From Ministeria vibrans ATCC 50519 (lineage: Eukaryota; Protista; Filasterea): a DNA stretch of 64,000 bases. The notes under the pieces are model-generated. The model searched no databases and had not been told where the DNA came from. It was given only the letters and a program-made list of their open reading frames with translations. A program made the translations under genes and the position numbers. Below are positions 1 to 13,815 of this stretch, one piece after another. The first letter of the stretch is position 1, and each line of letters opens with the position of its first letter. Where the stretch lies: the NCBI GenBank assembly GCA_943704425.1, contig CALSCP010002159.1, forward strand, positions 87,815 to 151,814, in the 5' to 3' direction.

Positions 1-3000
1 GACGGCAAAGAAGCTGTACCAGCTGCCGTTGTCTTCGGAGAGCTCCACGAGTCGCGCGCCCGCCGCAAACGGTGGCGTGACACACTCAATTTTGCTGGGG
101 CTAGACAGGAGCGCGACCCCCGCGACAATTTGTGACGAGCCAAAGCGGCAACGGTACGTGTGCTCGGTGGTGTTACAGTTGTCACAGTCGACGATCACTC
201 GTGTGCCGCCCAGGTCAATTCCAATGCTAGGTGTGACGGAGAGCACGGCAGGCAGTGGCAAACACGAACTGCCATAGTTGTGAAGCGTACACAGATTGCA
301 CAGACTTCCCGTCCAATTGGGGCCGGAGCAGTCGCAACCGCCAACCGAGTTGCACGTGCCATGGACACACGAGGGACACAACCGACAGTCAAGTGGAGCA
401 GCCTTCCAGTAGTTTGAGCGACAATCGCTGCAATCGGCGCCCGCATAGCCACTGGCGCATGAGCATGTGTCGGGCGCCGTGCAGGAACCTTTGCCGTTGC
501 AATTGGACACGCCGCTGCACGACGGATACCGGCAGTCGGGTGCGATCCAGCCGGCGGTACAGTTGCACGTGTTGGGCCCGACACACTCACCATGACTGTA
601 GCAGTTGAAGATGCCGTTGCACGAAAATTGGCTGCAGTCAGAGCCGGTCCAACCGCTGTCGCACACGCACGAACCGTCGCTCAGACAGAAACCATGGCGG
701 CTGCAGTCGTTGCACACACACTCGCGATCTTTGGTCTGGTTCTTCGCGCCACAAACTGTCTTCTCGTATTGTGTCGAATCGCAAGCGGGAGAACAGTCGA
801 CGCAGACCGAATCAAGGATGTACTGTTCGCTTGGACAGGCGTTGGCACACGCAGTGCCCGACAACACTTGGCCAAGTCGTTCGCAGATGAAGCCCTCCGT
901 GACGTCGGTGCACGACGAACCGGCGTAGCCCAAACGGCACGTGCACTGTTGCGGCTGATTGCAGAAACCGTTGCCGCTGCAGTCGTTCAGTGCCGAGCAA
1001 TTTGCTGACTGGCAGAATGGCGGGTTCCAGTCCGCCTCGCATGCGCACACATCAAACCCAATGCAGGCGCCGTGATCGTTGCAACTGTTGACTCCCGCGC
1101 ACGTTGGCTCGGAGCAATTTGCACCGCCCCAGCCGGTGAAACAGTCGCAACTGTCCGGCCTGAAGCACAGGCCGTTGTCCGAGCAGTTGTTACGCGAAGT
1201 GCAGTCAAACGAGAAGCTCTCGAGGAAGGGAGTATACACCACGTCGGTGAGCGATGCCACGTCCTGTTGGTCACGCACTCGCAGCGAAACGCCCACTGCA
1301 GTTGCCACGGACCACCAGTTTTGCTCGGCAAAGAGCGTCGCACCGTACGTTGCCGACGCTGAGTTGGCATTGAGCTCGTACGCATAAAGGGGATTCTTGA
1401 ACAGATTGAAGTGCACATGCGGCAAGTACGACGCGTCAACAAGCAGCGTTGACTCGAGACCCGTCGAGGTTGAAGTACCCGTGACCGGTGAATTGGAGCG
1501 GAACACATTGCTTGTAATGTTGTGGTAGCCCGCTCGTGAGACGGACCAGCGCACAAGGGAGGCGCCTTGACACGAGTCAAACTCGTTCTGGGCAAACGAG
1601 AGTCCCCGCTTGTCAAAGTATGTGTACCCCGAGTAGTGCCGGAGATAGATGTAGACGCAGGCAATCGCGTCGCGACAGACAAAGTTGACGGCGGTGTTCT
1701 TTTCGATCTCATAGATGCGGACGGTGGGTTCGCTGTAGGTGGCCACTTGAAAGGTCATGATGCGCTGAGCGGACGGTGTGTCTCGGAACGTGTTGCTGAC
1801 TACCGATACACGTTTGGCGTAGTATGATGTACTTGTGTAGGCAATGTGCAGCGCGGTGTTCCCAATAGCCTGGAAGACATTGTCGTGCACGTTGGAGATG
1901 AGATTGTACGCGGAAAGGGAATGGACTACGCCGTGCGAGGCACAATTCTGAAAGGTTGAGTTTGCGACCTCGAGGTGATTACTCGCCGACGAGAGACAGT
2001 AACCGGACGAGTATTGTACGAGCGAATCGCGAATTGTAGCAGAAATAGTGGCAAACTCAACCGTGTGGGTGCTGGTCGACGCTCCATTGCCGCTGAAAGT
2101 CGATCGCTCCACCAGTGTTGAGCCACCCGACGTCGTGGTGGCGTACAAGCCGCCGCCGCGGTTGAACTCAAAGACACAGTCGCTCACTCGGAAGGCGGTC
2201 GAGGCCGTGGTGCGCAAGTAGACGCCCCGCAACGAAGTGCTGAGCGAGCGAGAGACGGTCACGTTGATCATCCAGGCGTATGTGCCCTTGGTGTCGTCAA
2301 AGACGACACCACCGCCCGCCGAGTATCGAATCAACAGGTGTTGAAGGTGCGCCGTGGACTGAACACCTTGAATGACGCCGACCTTGGTACCGTCAAACAA
2401 ACCCCCACCATACTCGAAGAGAACATTCTCCACGATGGAGCCGTCCACAAGCTCGGGCACGGCACCCGTCGTGTCGTAGCGTGCGCTCGTGCTCTTCTCG
2501 CTAAAGTACACCTGACCCCAGTCGCCCTCGAGGGGATTCGCGTTCGCCGACGTGAACACAATCGGCAGATCGCGCGTCCCTTGTGCGAAAAGTTTGCCAT
2601 TGACAAGCCACACCACGCCCGTCTCCATGGCAAGTTGCACGCCAGGCTCGATCACAAGTGTCACACCCGCTTGAACGGTAATCGAGCCGCTCACAATGTA
2701 CGGCTCGGCGCGATAGGGAATCACCGAATCCTTGCCCACCGAACCCTTGAGCGTCCCATCAGCTCGCAAAAATGAGACGCGTTCCGCATCGGGGTGCAGC
2801 GTGTCAGTTAGGTTCTATAAAAGTATAATAATATTATTAATATTATTATCATTTTATATTTTATTAGTATTATTGTTTTATTATTGTGTTTTTATGATGT
2901 TTTCTTTTTACCGCAGATAACAGATACGGGAAATACTCGACAAGGGCCGTGGTTGGGTTCTCAAAGTAGTCTTCAATGACTGACTCGATGGTCAACTCAC

Positions 3001-6000
3001 TGATGGTGCCCCACCAACAATTGGTTGCGACAATTGGACCGCGAGTGACAGGCAGAGCCGCATTGACGACTGTCGTGGCATTGTTGTTGTCGTAGAAGTT
3101 ATTGGGCATCGTGACGGCATAGCTTGTGTCGGCAATATTGAAAATGGCAATAGAAGCCGTGTTGTTACGCAAGTCATTGTGCTCAAAGTCCGACGATCCG
3201 GTGGCAGTAAAGAAATTCCAAGAGATCATATTGGCTGCTGTGTTACTCTCAATCACGTTTGATTGCATGATCAGACGCTCCGAGTAGGGTGTACCAAAAC
3301 TCAACTCAATCAGTGAGCCGCCACTAAAATGCCACCATTACAAGTGAGTCCCAAAACACATCATAAAATTAATTAATTTAACAACAAATTACCTGTACGA
3401 GCAGTCGCGAAATGTGTTGCCTGAAATCACAAAGAGTTCGCCGATAGCGCCCGAGCGACGGTACATGTACGAACCGCCGCGCAAAGCCCGATTGTTCTCA
3501 ATACGCTCAAAGATATTGTCTTGGACAGTGAATCGGTACATGCTCTAGATTGAGAAAAGAAGAAGAAAAACATAATATTTAAGTTAGTGCTCCACTTGAA
3601 AAAACTATTAATAAATCAATTCTAGTACGTAAGTGGCATATCGAATGGCTTGGAAGTAACCGCCGCCGCGACAATCGTGCAAATGAGAGTTCTTCAACGT
3701 CACTTCATGGGATGAAGTGTGTATGTGCTGGTAAATCCCTACACAACCAAAGTATCAAAAAATAAGGATTAGTCACAACGAACCAAAACCACAAGGAATC
3801 GCTCAGAGCGTACCAAACCCAGCGCAATCAGAGACTGTAATGTTGTCGGCAACAAAGTAGTAGACGTAGTTGAGCAAGTAGAGACAGTGCGAACCGCTAC
3901 CGCGCACGGTGGTGTCACTACAGAAGACATAAAATTAGCGTTGTCAAAGACATGAATACATTATGAAAATGCACTATTTCAACTTTTCAAACTTACCGCA
4001 TGTACAAATAGCCTCGATTCATATACAGGGTGTAGACTGAAGAAGGAGCGTTGACATTCATGTTGGTGAAGGAGGAGCCATCGAGAAAAAGGCGCGCGTT
4101 GTTGTTGACCGAGTAGAAGTAGAGGTTGGGGCCGTTGTAGCCCTGGTCCACGACACAATCGCGCAGGATCAAGGTGCGCCCGCTCTGAGGATCCGACCAA
4201 AAAGCATAGCGCGTCGACGCCGACGTAGCCAGCCCCGACGAGTTGGTCAGGCGCACATCGTCAAACACAGTGGTGTACTTGAGACTGTTTAGACGCACCG
4301 CGCCTACAAGAGAGCCGACAAACTCAACGTGCAGCAGGTATGGAGCAGTTTCGGTGCACGTGATCGCATAGCTGCTAGTGGTTGAGCCAGCATTGACAAT
4401 GCGAACGTGCTCGAGAATGGAGCCAATCGTGAGAATCTGAGCATCATAATTGGTCGAGGAAAAGGTGCAGGGAGGCGCAGAATTGGAGAAGGCGAGGCCG
4501 TCCCACGTTGCCGACGCGTCTGGGCCAGTGGCTGTGAAGACAATAGGCGCAACGTCAGTGCCTTGCGCAATCAAGCGACCCTGCACAGCAAATCCAACAC
4601 CGGGAGCAAAGACAAGCACACAGCCAGGCTCGATAATGAAAGTGACGCCCTCCGAGACGGACAGGGTCGCGGTGACATTGTAGGGCGAGTTGATCGCCGG
4701 CAGAGTGTAGTTGGAGCCAACAACACCTCGCAGTTCACCATTTCCACGAAGAAACGTCAGACGAGGTGAGTCGGGATCAATGAGCGACGACTGATTTGCC
4801 GCAAGCAGGAACGGGAAGGTGTTCACAAGAGCCTGTTGTGTATATGAAAAAAAGAAGAAAAAAAAGGTCAGAGACAAAACCGCACACCATTGCACACTCA
4901 TACGTAGGCGTTGTTATCGGTGAAATCATAGATGCGTGACTGCATCACCTCCTCGTCCGTGGTGCCCCAGAAACACTCAGTGGCATCCATCTAGAAAGAG
5001 ATAAACAAATTAATGAAAATATATTTCTATCTTATATCCATGGGAGACATTAATTGATATTTTTCTTACGGGACCACGCACGAGAGGAAACGCCACAAAC
5101 AGCTCCTGGTCAAACGTGGGATTGACAAAGTAGTTTCGCTTGAGATCAAGTGGATACGAGGTCGTGTCAAAGGTGACGGTGGAGCGCGCAGAAACCGACA
5201 CGGCGGTGGTCGGCGAACCGACGTAACTGTTGTTGCGAAAGTCGTTGAAAGAAAACGAGATGGGCGGTTTGGGTTGCAGACGGTTCCCCCGAACCACGAC
5301 ACCAGTCGCCGTGTTGTTCGTAATAGTGTTGTTCTCGAAGAAGAGGCGGTCTGTGTAAAGGCAACCGCATTAAAAGCATAATACAATCATAATAATGAAG
5401 AAAATAATGACAATAATAATAATAATAATTATTATTATTATTATTATTATTATTATAATTATTATTATTATTATCATTATTATTGCTGTTGTTGTTGTTG
5501 TCATATTGATAAAGAAATGTAAGACGAAAGCACTTACTATTAGAGTAGCCCGACACTGTAAAGTAGATGCACTGTGCCGTACAGAGGTTGTTGACAATGA
5601 GATTGTCGGTGAAAAGGAACAGCCGCTCGGCGTTGGTCGACGCATAGAACGACAGGTAGAGCGCAGTGCCCACATTATTCTCAATGAGCTACACATAAAT
5701 TGTTAGACACAGAGCTGTATTTCATTCTGTTTTGCACCGTACGTTCCCTTGGATAAGTCCACCATGTTTGTAGTAGGAGTTGTAACGCGAGTCAGCAATC
5801 AACCCGCTCCCGCATCCAGTGATGACGTTGTCGATATATTTGAAGTAATACGTCGAACTTATCAAGCAAGGGGAAAGAGAAGAGACGAGATAAGGATAAA
5901 AAGAAGAAAACAAATCTGGTTCTACCTCGTTCGGGAATACTGACGGACGCCCCAAGATCCAACGTTTCGAATGGTGCAGCCGGTCACATAAAGACGATAG

Positions 6001-9000
6001 CAATAGTTGTATGCGTATATGCCATACCCTAAAAAAAATGTGCAATACAATCATTTTAATAACAATAATAATAATACAAAAAATAAAAAATACAATTTAA
6101 ATCTATTATTATTAACAATTTACCTCGGAAGTCGGAGATGTTCGAGTTCTGGACCTCAATAACATAGGCACTCGCCGAGTAGACACCATGATGATTGGTT
6201 GAAGGAGACGCAGATTCGTAGGAGAGCTCCGAGTCGGACAGATAGACACCGCCGTAGTTGTTAGAAGACGTATACTGAATGGCAGTTGCGTGAGACTTGA
6301 CAATACGCATTCGTCGGATAGTAATCCACGGCCTTTGTGACGAAGTGGCCGTCAGAGACACTTGAATCTGAGATCCCGTCTGGTTGAACAAGTACACGTC
6401 ATCGAGTGCCATGTAGCTCGCCATGAGCGACGAGTACTGGATTCCGTTAGTACAGTGGCGGATTTCCACATTGCGCAAGTACGGAGCATACTACAAAAAT
6501 ATGAAAGAGGGGAAGGAGGGTGAGGGAGAAAATGAGAAAGTACGACGTGAGAGAGGGAAAAGGCGATAGAACAAGGAAAAGAATAAAGTGAGAGAAATAA
6601 AAATAAAAACACTTTGATGAGTGCGTACCGACTGTGCCGTCAGAACATACGAGCTGCTGTCACCGCCGCCAAACTCGAGAATGACATGCTCGAGAACACT
6701 GCCACCCGAGATGTACTGCAGCTCAAAACGAGTGTGATTGTACAGACCCTGCGACAATGATGAGAAGGACAGACTGCCCCAGCTGCCGGGGACACGTGTG
6801 GCACTGGTGAAAACAATCGGCAACAGAGATTGGCCTTGCGCAATGAGAGAGCCCGAGACGGTGAACGACACGCCGTCGTTCATCAAGAACGTTGTTCCCG
6901 GCTCCAGTGTGAGAATGACATCCTTGGCAACATTGAGCGAACCCGTCACGTTGTAAGTTCCCGCCGGCAGAGTATAGTTGCTGCCAACAGTTCCTACAAA
7001 ACAGAGAAAAAAAATGACAATGAGTCTCGAAAAGATTTAGGGTAGCACTTATTGTTAGTCTACCTTGCATCCGGTTGCCACCACGCAAGAAGCTCAGACG
7101 CGGCGCGTTGGGATCCACTCCGTCCGAGAAATTGGCTGAAACAAGGTAAGGGAAAAAGTCAACTTGGGCGAGGTCGGGATTCTCTTGGAAGTCATAGATG
7201 GACTCTTCAATGCCGATTTCGTTGGAGGTGCCCCAGTAGTTGTAGAGAGCCAGGAGAGGCCCTTGCACAAACACGGGTGCTTCTACTCTGACCAAAAACG
7301 GGAAGTTTCCGTCCAAGAAGTTCCACTGGAAGGAATCCACGGGGTACGTGTTGGCGAGGTAGAGCAGGGCAGAGGAGGACGAGGTGGGGTCGAGCGCGAT
7401 GTTGCCACGAAGGTCGTTTCCGTCAATGTACGTGGGGGAGGTGGCGCTTTGCACAAACGTGTAGATGAGCTTGAGACACGTGTTGTTCGTGAGAGTGTTG
7501 TTGTGCACGTAAAAACGGTAGCTGTCGGAGTAACCACCGACGGTGAGAGCCATCACATAGTCTGAGACAGTGCAGTTGCGAATGGAGTTTCGTTCGATGC
7601 GAAAGACGTCCGCCGAGTTCTGAATGTAACCCGCATAATTGATAGCGTAGCCCGTCAGCTCTTCAAAGAGGTTGTCTTGCACAACAAATGTGGACGAGTA
7701 GTAGCTATTGTAGCGATGCTACAAGAAAATATATGAATAAATTAATAACACTTAAACTAAACATCACACAGTGTGTGTGCATAATCCTTTTCGTACCCAA
7801 TTGTGAATGCCGGATCCGCATCGCCGAATGGTGTTTCCCGTACAGGTGAGCTGATCGTTCTGGCTGCGATAGTAGAGGGCAATGGCGGTGCCGCGCACAT
7901 CCTCAAAGGTTGTGTTGGTGACCGAGACCAGACGTGTGTAATAGTATGCGTAAAAACCTAACAAAGCGAAGAGACGACAAGTGCGTTTAGAGAACTGTTT
8001 ACTTAATATTATATTTTCTTCTATTTCTTTTCTTATAGTTTTTTTGTGTGTAGTACCTTCGCCAGTGTAACCAGAAATTTCAGCCTCGTTGATGTTGACA
8101 CGAAGAAAGTTGTACACGTAAATGCCACGCTTGGCGGTGGGATCAACGACAGAGTTGTTGAACGAGTACGAGCCCTAATAAAACAAAGAGAGTGAAAACA
8201 AAATGTGAATGTACGTGTGTGTGTGTGTGTGTGACTGAGTATGTGTACCTTGGTGACATACAAGTAGCCATACCCACTGCTTGTCGAGTAGGCGTACACA
8301 GCGGGTGCACGCGATTGGACCGTTTCACAATCGTCCATGTACACGTGGGTGTGGGCGGCGGAGATGGAGAGGAACTGAAAGTCGTAGACAGTGGAGCGAG
8401 CGGAGGCAATGGCGCGCACGCGCGTGAGCACCACACGCGAGTCGTGGGGAAGGGAACCAAACGAGACGGCGCCATACGAGTTCTCGACAGTAACGTCAGA
8501 CAGGTACGGGGGATACTTGGTGGCGACAATAGCCTGCGTCGAAGTGCCCGAGAGCGTTTTTCCGGCGAAGCGAATGATGCAGTTCTTGAGAAGCGAGCCA
8601 CTGACAAAAACGGGCGGGGTTGTTGATGTGTTGTACACAACCGGCGTGTCCGGCTGGCGAAATTCAATGCCGTGCCAATCTCCCGCAGCGCCGACGGCGG
8701 CAGTCGAGGTGAACACAATGGGCAGTGAGACAGAGCCCTCGGCTAATAGGATGCCGTCAACTTGAATAGTGGCGCCGGGAGATGCACGGATCTCGGTGCC
8801 GGGTGCAATTGCAAGCTTGGCACCAGCACCCACGAGTAGTGTGCCGGTCAGGAAGTACGGCGAGAGGCTGGCCGACAAGAGAAAGTCCGAGTGGATCGTT
8901 CCAGAGAGAGAAAGCCCGCCAGATGTGGGGGTACCCGTCAGGAACGTCTCGTTACCGGGCACAGCGGAGCTCACGTCGTTGGGGTTTGTCGAAAGCAAGT

Positions 9001-9480
9001 ATGGCACAAAGTTGACAAGCATGAGATCGATGTTGTCAAAGAAGTCATACTGCACAAAGACGATGTCATGTTTAAGTCGAGCATGACAACAATAATATTA
9101 TTTTGGCTTACGATGCGATAGGCAATGTCGCGAGGTTGGACGGCGGAGAAGAAGTTGCGGGGCGCCAAAATGGTTCCGTAGTTCTCAGTATATTGCGAAG
9201 AGATCTCGTAGAGAGCGGCGGGGTTCATAAAGAGATTGTCCTCGATGATGATGGGGTAGTAGTTGCCTGAGGGGAGCAGCAGTGCGGCCTGGTTGGCCGC
9301 CGTCGTGTGTGTCACGTGGTTGTCGCGCAGTGTGTTGGACGAGAAGTAGATGAGGCCGTTGGTGTAGGGTTTAATGATGCCCACAATGTACCCGAATGTG
9401 TTCTCCGTTATCTGGTTGTTCTTGATCGCAAGCTGAACAAAAAATCAATAATTGTTAACAACAACAACAACAACAACAGC

Positions 9481-9533
<53 letters not shown>

Positions 9534-11339
9534 CAACAACAACAACAATATAATAATAATATAATAATAATACATCTTCTATTTTCGTACGGGAACATTG
9601 GTTGTGTCGCTGGCACCCGTGTTGATGTAGATCATGTAGCCAGTGGTCGAGAGCCCCGTGTTGTTGTGGAATGTGTTGTCGCTCACCAAGAACTGCAGAA
9701 CAAAGTGAGAAACATGGGCGTTGAGCGGGAAGTGAAATGAAGTGAAGAAAACATACGCTGTCGATGGTCGCAACGTTTGCCATTAGCATTGCAATGTTGA
9801 GCGCATAGTTGAATTGATTGTTGATCTAAGAAAAAGAAGAAAAAAAGAAAAGAAAAAACTTAGGCGAGTCTTTGACGGTTGTATCGCGAGTAACTTACAA
9901 ACGTGTTTCCTCGCACAATGTAGCCACCATTGCGGTACGACGTGTACCTTGTGCGTATATACAATCCACTGTGCAAAGTGTGAGCCAAAAACGAATGAAT
10001 CTTGGAATTATTTGAAAATGAACGTACTAATTGGTGACACCACGAAAGGTTGAGTCGGTGACTGAAACTTTGCGAGCGGCGCCATTCTCAAAGTTGTAAT
10101 AGTAGAAGGCAGAGTGGGTGTCGATAAAGGAACAGTTGTGGATGGATGCACTCCCGTAGTAATAGGAGTAGATGGCGTGGTTATTCAAGTGAGAGAAGGT
10201 GGAGTCGGTGACGGTGAGAGTGTTCAACCGATAGGCGTAGACGCCGTAGTGCGATGTGCTCGTCGTGATGGGATCGCGAACGGTTGTTCCCGTCACAATG
10301 CCGTATCCGTACCCATTTGAGCCGGCAAAGTAGATGGCGATCTTTGCGATGATGGTGCTGCGGATGTAACTGTTTGCCACGGCCACGGTTGCATGTGTGC
10401 TGGTGCGATACGCAAAGTACATGGGGTAGTTGCCCGCACAGTCGTTGATGGTAACGCCCTGGAAGAGCGCATAGTCCACCGTCATATCACTGCCGTACAA
10501 GCCTGAAAAGGGGGAAAAGAGACGGAGAAGAAAGAAACAAAAAGAAAAAGAAAAAAAAAAACAAGAGATGTTGTGTGAAGAAAGCGGTGAGTCAGTGCTT
10601 ATCATTTCAGTGTGCATATTAATATGAACCTCCAAAAAGCGGAGCGTCGATGTGAACATTGTCGAGATAGGGTGCTTCGCCGCCCGAGAAGGTGATGGCA
10701 GCTGTTGAGCTGTAACACAGACGTAGATGGGACCACGACGAGAGAGGAGTGAGTGAGTGAGTGCCACAAAATGAAAAAAGCTCCCACAAAAAAAGAAAGA
10801 TTTTTAAAAAGGTGGAAACAGAGCAAAGAAAAGTGTACCTTTCGCCAGCCCATTCGATGACGGCGTGCTGGATCATGGAGCCACGGACAAACTCTTGGCC
10901 GCTGCCGAGGGTGCCTTCGCGGTAGCGAGCGCCGGTGGCGGTGCTGGCAAAGAGGATGCCGCGCCAGCGAGTGGGCGGTTGCGTTGCCGATGTGAAATTC
11001 ACGGGGAGGAGCGCCGTGCCGAGAACCTGTAGGTCGCCGTTGACGACCAGGCGAGCGCTGGCTTGAAGAGCGCGCACGACGACGCCTTTGTAGATATGGT
11101 GTGTGAGTGAGAAGTGCGAATCTGTCATTTTACGGATATCACGCTGCGGGTGTACCTGCTTCGATGGTGAGAACGACGCCAGCATTGACCGACACAGAGT
11201 CGGCGAGGTCAACAGGGCTGTCGGCGAGCGTCCACGTCGTGGTTGAAGCGACTTCCGTCGAGACTGTGACCGCATCAACTGAGATGCACAGCGTGGTGAG
11301 CGCGACCAGCAGCAGAGAGAGCAGGCTCGCTACCGACAT
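1..11339 (-). CDS. Giant secreted/cell-surface protein, ~24 exons in window, 3' end beyond left edge: signal peptide, five right-handed beta-helix super-repeats (Bark beetle/Anakonda-like modules), tenascin-type EGF/Cys-rich repeats, IPT/TIG domain
   Basis: ATG at 11339 gives signal peptide MSVASLLSLLLVALTTLCISVDA. GT-AG joined exons stay in frame. Each repeat opens with SPY.V.G.L.V..G..L.IEPG...G.L.A.G....PIVFT...G.W.G and closes with a WGT..E..I...IYDF..N..LA.V.F.PYL-like motif. The last exon (2814 to <1) is an uninterrupted frame absent from the ORF track. It encodes EGF repeats (e.g. CSDNGLCFRPDSCDCFTGWGGANC) and an IPT/TIG start (PAVLSVTPSIGIDLGGTRV...YRCRFG...KIECVTPP). Confidence 0.85.
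5413..5500. repeat. Intronic (AAT)n/(ATT)n/(GTT)n microsatellite
   Basis: Read directly; source of the spurious poly-Ile/poly-Asn ORFs. Confidence 0.95.
9457..9571. repeat. Intronic (AAC)n/(AAT)n microsatellite
   Basis: Read directly from sequence. Confidence 0.95.
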
Positions 11340-11904
11340 GGCACGCAGAATCAGACAGTCGACAAAGGGGAAGTGTAATCGCCGGAAATAAATGATTGGA
11401 GACAGACTGGGGTCTGGGCGACGAGCTTGTACAATGACGGTCTTTTGTGCGTACGCATTTGGACATTCACATATGGCGCGAGCCCCTTTGGGTCCTGGGA
11501 GGGCACAGCGGCGCCCAGGGTATCTAGGGGGTGCGTGGCTGATAGGTGTACTGCTCCATTTGCTCATTGGTGGGGTAGAGGCGATAGCGACTCGCTTATC
11601 ACACAAAGTCAGTCGACTTTGGTTGAAGGTTAAAAAAAGACGACGTTTGTGCGTTTGTCCGTGCCCTTCACGGCACACACACACACACGCGCGCCCATAC
11701 ACGACTTTAAAACTGATCGGCAGCGTGTACTACCCACTAATGAGACGATCATTCGAGACATCAGACAAGTGCGATACATTTCGATTTTTGAGCTAAGGAG
11801 TCGTATTTCTTATTCAATCAGTTCCTCCACTTTTACATTGTAATCTTCCTTCTCGGAGCAAATGCACCAAAAAGAAAGCGAACTTGTTTTAAACCATAAA
11901 GTAC

Positions 11905-11953
11905 ATGACCCATGACTGAGTGCAGAGTGATGACTCCATGACTCATGAGTCAC
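11905..11953. promoter_or_regulatory. Cluster of ATGAC half-sites including perfect palindrome TGACTCATGAGTCA (two back-to-back AP-1/TRE consensus sites)
   Basis: Sequence reads atgacc-catgactgag...gatgactccatgactcatgagtcac. Palindrome at 11939-11952, ~600 bp upstream of the ATG at 11339. Confidence 0.35.
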
Positions 11954-12262
11954 TGCTATGGACGGTTGATAACGTCTGCTGTGAAGAGAGAGGAATCAAT
12001 GTGGGACGCGCTGGGTGAAGTATGAGAAATCGGCAAAGACCAAGCAAGAGCAATCTCACACAGGGACGTAATGTCGTAAATCCTAATTGTCATGAAGCAC
12101 AATGGTAATTGGTAAGAACAAAAAAAATCGAATTATGGTTGTGTACTAAAATGTTAATCTGTGTGCGTGTGACTCACTCACTCTCTCACTCTCACTCCAT
12201 CTTTCCCACGCTCGCTCTCGCACTCACTCTCGCTCTCTCACTCACCCACTCTATCAATCTAT

Positions 12263-13442
12263 CTACTCGTCATCGTCGTCCTCGTCGTCGTCACTCTCAT
12301 CGGCACCGGCAAACTTCGAATAGTCGACTTTGTTGCGCGAGCGGCGAGATCGACTGCAGACGTATGAAAAGAAAGAAGAATAATTACTATCATGTCCACA
12401 CGATGAATGACGGCACATCATACCTGGGCAGAATGTTACTGGTATCAATGGCTTCGTCGCCAGACTCCATTTCACCCTCAAAGTCCTCGTCGTCCTCGTC
12501 GACTTCGTCTGCCTTCTTCGCCTTCTTCTTCGGTGGCTTCTACACTCAAAAAGTTCAAAAAGTGTCACGTCGCGACAGTCAAACACAATCATAATCTTTA
12601 CCTTGGTCTTGGCCTCCTCCTCCTCACCCTCCGATCCCGATTCCGATCCCGATCCTGATCCTGATCCTGACTCATCCTCATTGTCCTCAGGAGTCTCGTC
12701 CTCCTGTATTGTGAGAAACAGACAACGTCATGATCAATATATAAATATACATATATCCCGCGCGTGTGTGTACACCACATGCCAGTAATGACGTCCGCAT
12801 TCACCATATCAATCACGCAAAAGTAGACGCATATAATATTATATCAATTTCATCACAAGAAGGAAAATGAATATCATAAGAAGGAAAATGAATAGTGTAC
12901 CTCCAGCTCTCGCTTCTTTGACTCCTTAGAGACCTCCGCGCTACATCAGAAACCCAAACACAGTGTTATAATCTTAATCACCATTACAATCCCGAGCGCA
13001 ATCAAAAATTCTATCATTCTGGTGAATGTCACAACTCAACAGAACGAAAAAAAAAAATCGCAAAAGTGACGAAAAAAAAAAAGGTTGAATGGTGAAGACG
13101 CGGAAACACTTGCATCACACTAGAGTAGTGCTGGTGGGCACAACCTGCGGGGTAATCGGCGCGGCGTTGGCCAGCGCTTGTCAATAACACACGAGGTTGA
13201 CAGCAGCCAAGGCTGGACGAGCCACGCCGGCGCACGTGCCGGCGTCACACCCACCCGTCGACTGGGCAATCGCCACACGTGCACGCACACAATCAAAGTC
13301 GCCTTGTCGCGCAAAGGAACGAAGCGCGTTCAAAAATGCACAACGCCCTCTGCTGCCCCCTCCATCTGCACCGCCACGGCCCACCCAGCCCTTCCACCAC
13401 ATGCACCATGCTTCAAACTCTCTCTATCTATTTCTCTATCTA

Positions 13443-13481
<39 letters not shown>

Positions 13482-13578
13482 GCGACTGGGCCGAGCGCTT
13501 GCAATGAGAAACAAGTAAAACAAGAGAAGAGACACAAGACCGCACACAAACTGCCTCTTACGCGCTCTTATCCGACAT
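12263..13578 (-). CDS. Small acidic CHZ-motif histone chaperone (Chz1/HIRIP3-like), 5 exons
   Basis: Spliced product MSDKSA|AEVSKESKKRELE|EDETPEDNEDESGSGSG...AKTK|KPPKKKAKK...GDEAIDTSNILPS|RSRRSRNKVDYSKFAGADESDDDEDDDDE*. The segment IDTSNILPSRSRRSRNKVDY matches the CHZ motif (ID.SNII..GRRTRGK.IDY). Exon 1 (13578-13562) was assigned by phase compatibility. Confidence 0.75.
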
Positions 13579-13815
13579 GGTGTTCTGAGAAGGGTATGTG
13601 TTGCAGTAAAAGAGTGTCGCTGGGAGATTCAAGATTGTCAGATTGACTGAGGGGTCGAGTCGCAACTCTTCCATCATTGTCATTGTTCTACTCTGATCTT
13701 TCATTCACATTTGCCATTTATCAATCTTTTTGATTTGTTCGCTTGTAGTCTGCTGACCCTGCGACGATTCGCGAGCCCTCGGTATCCCATACTCATCACG
13801 CAGCGATTGTAAACA

